Below the pieces are notes generated by a model that saw only the letters and a list, made by a program, of their open reading frames with translations, ran no database searches and had not been told where the DNA came from. A stretch of 25,004 nt of DNA from Octopus sinensis (taxonomy: Eukaryota): assembly GCF_006345805.1 (NCBI RefSeq), contig NW_021836239.1, positions 1 to 25,004 on the forward strand. Direction: 5' to 3'. Shown piece by piece: positions 21,064 through 25,004 of the stretch. Positions within the stretch are counted from its first letter, which is position 1; each line of letters starts with the position of its first letter. Both the position numbers and the translations under genes were made by a program.

Positions 21064-22189
21064 TATAAATACTTATATATATATATATGAATATATCATT
21101 ACAGAGCCATTGCTGACTCCAATGTTTTTTTTAATTTCTTTTAGACACACACAGACGCACACACTCAAACACACGTCTTCATATACTTTTAACTCTTTTT
21201 CATCATTTGTATTCACATGTTATAACACATATCTTACACATAGTGTCTCTTCAGGTTTCCATCGATCCCTGTCCCTCAGAAAAGGGGCAATGAGATTCCT
21301 CTTCGAATCCAACACAATATAGAATATGGAATTTCTCCTAACTCTCTGTCACGTTTTTTGTCTACGTTACTCTTTATAATTACGTTTTTAAAACATTTCT
21401 GGGCGTTTTTCTTTTTTTGTTTTTTTTTTTTGCTTTGCGGGTTGGAGGGTGTCTTCATCATCTTAATAAAGACATTCGTTATGTTCAAACCAAATATGAT
21501 TTTTTTTTATTCATTTATGGATTTATTTGAAAAAAAAAATTTCTCTTTTTTCCCTTCCCTGTCCTAATTGATGCCTATTTTCGTTGATGCTTGCCAGGCA
21601 GTTCACAGCAATCAGGGATACTTTCTTAACAACTGAATAAAAACTTATAAAGTGTAACAAACCACGTTCAGATTCCGGCCTCGGTTTGACAATCAGTCTT
21701 CTGTTGCTAAGTAACGTATTTGCAAAAGTAATCGTAAAAATTCCAGATTTTTACACATTTGGCACTAAACCAATGAATATATTCCATTTGTCAATGAACG
21801 ATTAAATATGTTAATAAATAAATATTTTAATAAATAATATCCTTATTATTGGATGTCATCAAACGGTTGCGAGTGATTAATTTTATCAGTTCACAACTGT
21901 GAATATAAATAGAGGCATTTGGAATACTGTATGTATTCATTTATATATATATATATATGTGAATATATATATAATGTATGTATATATAAATATATGTTTA
22001 AATCATATATAATTAAATAATATATATATTATATACGTAGGTCATTTGATGATTAAATAATGCATATGGTCAAGTTGCAGATAAATATTCACATATATGC
22101 ATATATATATATATGTATATATTGCATATATATGACACACAGATATGTATGTGTGGTGTGTGTTTGTATGTATTTATATATATATATAT

Positions 22190-22270
<81 letters not shown>

Positions 22271-23756
22271 CATATATATATGATTGCTTATATGAAAGAA
22301 TACATAAATATTAAAATCTTTGAATCTGTTTTGTTATTTGCGAAATGTTAAATTCTCTTTCAAACAGAATAAATAAGAATAAATAATTTCATTTTTTATA
22401 TTTTTCTCTGTCTTTTCTTTGATTGCATTTTTTTTTTCTTCTTCCTTGCAATCCTCTTTTTTATGAATTCGCTTTTCTGAAAAGCAATATTCAAAAAGTC
22501 TTCTCTCAAAATGTTTCTCACGTTGTTGTGTTGTTTTCTGGAATGGTTTCAAACCCTTCACAGGGCCCACTGCCCTATTCATTCCAAGGAATACAACTAT
22601 AATGATAGACAGACAGCAACAACACAAGTAAGTTTTATAAGATCTCCACTCCTACTTGTTGTCGTTTCTTTTGTGTTATTTTTTGTTGTTGTAACCAACC
22701 AACGGTCGTTTGTCACGTTTGAAAAAATGTCACCGAGCGTTTTTGTAAAATTGTTCATATTGTCTTCATAATTCTTCAGTTCCTGCTTGAGATAGAAATT
22801 CATAAATCTAACGTCGAATCCAGCAAACTAGGACAGTCGGATCCAAGTTTGCTTTCTCTGGGGTCTTCGGGGATCCAGATTTTAGCTATCATTGTGTTGT
22901 TTGGCCCAAGATGTGCTTTTTTTTCGTCTTTCCACGACAAAGAGTGACCTTCCAGGGGAGGCAAACCGTACCGATCACTTTCATCAGTCAAACCTAGAAA
23001 ATAAAAAGACATACAAAGAACTGTAATATATATCAAGCCAAGAACAATCACACAATAATTACAAATTAGCAAAAACATATAAATATGAAAAAAACATGGT
23101 TGAAGGAAGATATCAAATAAACAACCAAATAAAGTATAAGTTTAAAACATTAGTTGAGCATTAAAATTAATAAGGGACGACTGAGTGTTGTTTAACACAT
23201 TTAATAACAGGAATAATTGTCTTTCTTCTTTCCAATGGATTTAGTATGAATACCCTTGCTTTGATGGATACATTCGATCAGAAAATGTCAGAGTAGAAGA
23301 GTAAGGAATAAAGATTTGTTATTGACCCTTCATCAGTTGTCGGCTGTCCATCTACTCTCCATTTCGAGCAATGCGCGTGTATGTGTATATATGTATTCAT
23401 GTATGTATATATTAGATGTAAAGCCGTTATTATATGAATGTGGGTTTGATAATGATGATAATCGTAATGGAAGAGTTGGCTGGTTCTTTGCAGGGACAGT
23501 GAAGATGGAGGCGGTCGTTATAACTGAACTAGAGTTGTTGAGGTTATTATTATAGCTGTAATTGTTGTTGGAGGTGATGGTAACGGATGTGGTGGAGAGG
23601 AGTTTAGTGGTAATGATTCTAGTAATAGCTGCCAAGTGAATGATGATGAGACGGCAACGGCGCCGGTGGGGTGATGACGTCAGTAGTGATGAGAGAGAGA
23701 GCTTCTGTGGCAGTAATGGATTTTTTAGTTTTTGATTTTGTCGGAAGAGGGTGCAT

Positions 23757-23853
23757 GTCTGTCTGTCTGTCTGTATGTCTGTATGTATGTATGTATGTAT
23801 GTATGTATGTATGTATGTATGTATGTATGTATGTATGTATGTATGTATGTATG
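23757..23853. repeat. (GTCT)n-(GTAT)n compound microsatellite (one example of many TA/CA/GA/GATT/TATG tracts)
   Basis: Directly visible. Other large tracts at about 5861-6000, 8105-8275, 9203-9260, 15480-15622, 18052-18220, 20515-20823 and 22180-22280. Confidence 0.95.
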
Positions 23854-24646
23854 TGGGGGTTGTTGATGTCGCCAAACCAGAGAAATAACACTGAAGTCCA
23901 GATGACAAAGAACAGAGCTGGAGATAATCTTTACTCTGTAAACATTCTCAGAAACTCACCACTGACTCACAACAACTTCTACAAACTAACAACAGCTGCA
24001 GAATTTTCCAAATACTTCTTTTTTCTTTTTAATGTTTTTTCTCATTTTCCATTCCTTCTCTATTATTTATCCTTTCTTCCTTCCTTCTTTTTCAATTTTT
24101 CTTTCTTTTCTCTCCTTCAATCTATTCTTTCATTCCTAGTTATCTACAATTTGTTCTCTTTTCATTCATTGAATCGTTTACGCGTTTGTTTGTTAGTTTG
24201 TTCAAGAATTCGTTCATTCATTGCATTTCTTTCTAATCTCATTCATTGAACGAGCATCGAACAAAATACGATGTAGCATTTGTCCCAACTCATTTCGTTC
24301 AGAGTTCAAATCCCGCAGAGATAGACTTTGCTTTCCGTCAGGCCGAGATCGATAAAATAAAGTGTTATTGTCGATATCATTAACTACCACCTTCCCCCAT
24401 TCCCTTGTGCTTAGGCTCTTTTTAGAATGGAAGAACGGCAGAATCGCTAGAATGCCGGACAAAACGTCTTGAAGTATTTAGACGCTGCCATTTCCTCCAA
24501 GACCTTCTGGGAGCGGGGGGTGGGTCTGTAAATAAACTAACAATCAAGTTCTTGGGTTGGTTGTATGGACTTATTCCCTCCCCTCAAAAACTTCTGGTCT
24601 TCTGCCAAAAATATTTTAAACGATTATAAAAAAAAAAAATGAAACA

Positions 24647-24855
24647 AGCTGACAGAATCCTTTGTGCGTCGGACAAAATGCTTAGCAGCATTTCTTCAGG
24701 TTCTCTACGTTCTGAGTTCAAATTCAGCCGAAATCAAATTTACCTTTCATCTTTTCGGGGGTCGATAAAATAAAGTCCCAGTCAAATACTGGGGTCGATG
24801 TAATCGACTTATCCCCCCACTCCCACCCCGAACTTGCTGGCCTTGTACCAAAATA
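24647..24855 (+). mobile_element. SINE family C
   Basis: AGCTGACAGAATC..GCGTCGGACAAAATGCTTAGC...GAGTTCAAATTC...CCTTTCATCTTTTCGGGGGTCGATAAAATAA...ACTGGGGTCGATGTAATCGAC. More decayed copies at about 24245-24385 and 24436-24480. Confidence 0.8.
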
Positions 24856-24859
24856 AGGA

Positions 24860-24862
<3 letters not shown>

Positions 24863-24921
<59 letters not shown>

Positions 24922-24951
24922 ATATTATTATCATTAATATTATTATTATTA

Positions 24952-24995
<44 letters not shown>

Positions 24996-25004
24996 TATTA
25001 TTAT
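24863..25004. repeat. (ATT)n microsatellite, possibly the SINE tail
   Basis: Directly visible, immediately 3' of the family C SINE. Confidence 0.95.

Noticed and set aside
4556-24249. Numerous ORFs rich in YIYI, CVCV, THTH or YVCM
   Set aside because: They are translations of stop-free microsatellites, not genes.
692-24700. Other CTGANGA heptamers (692+, 995-, 4871+, 13817-, 15459+, 20395+, 22981-, 23330-)
   Set aside because: No correctly spaced GAAA, NUH triplet and stems; chance matches.

Overview
AT-rich, microsatellite-dense eukaryotic DNA. The SINE types and (TA)n/(CA)n load suggest an octopod cephalopod, which is an inference only. I see no intact protein-coding gene; most listed ORFs are microsatellite artefacts. 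The window is a patchwork of transposon relics: a Merlin (IS1595/ISXO2-like) transposase pseudogene, a CR1-type LINE 3' end, a Penelope-like RT fragment, mariner elements, MITEs and several SINE families. The main signal is a set of type I hammerhead ribozymes (HHRs) from at least three unrelated sequence families (2096-2141/2402-2447, 4979-5026/5742-5789, 15793-15833), plus decayed copies. The clear copies each have a palindromic stem III and lie in inverted-repeat structures next to (TA)n or (CA)n tracts. The block at 1931-2671 holds two inverted, slightly longer-than-unit, circularly permuted copies of a non-coding ~340-nt self-complementary HHR monomer. This is the expected genomic footprint of a retrozyme-like circular RNA.
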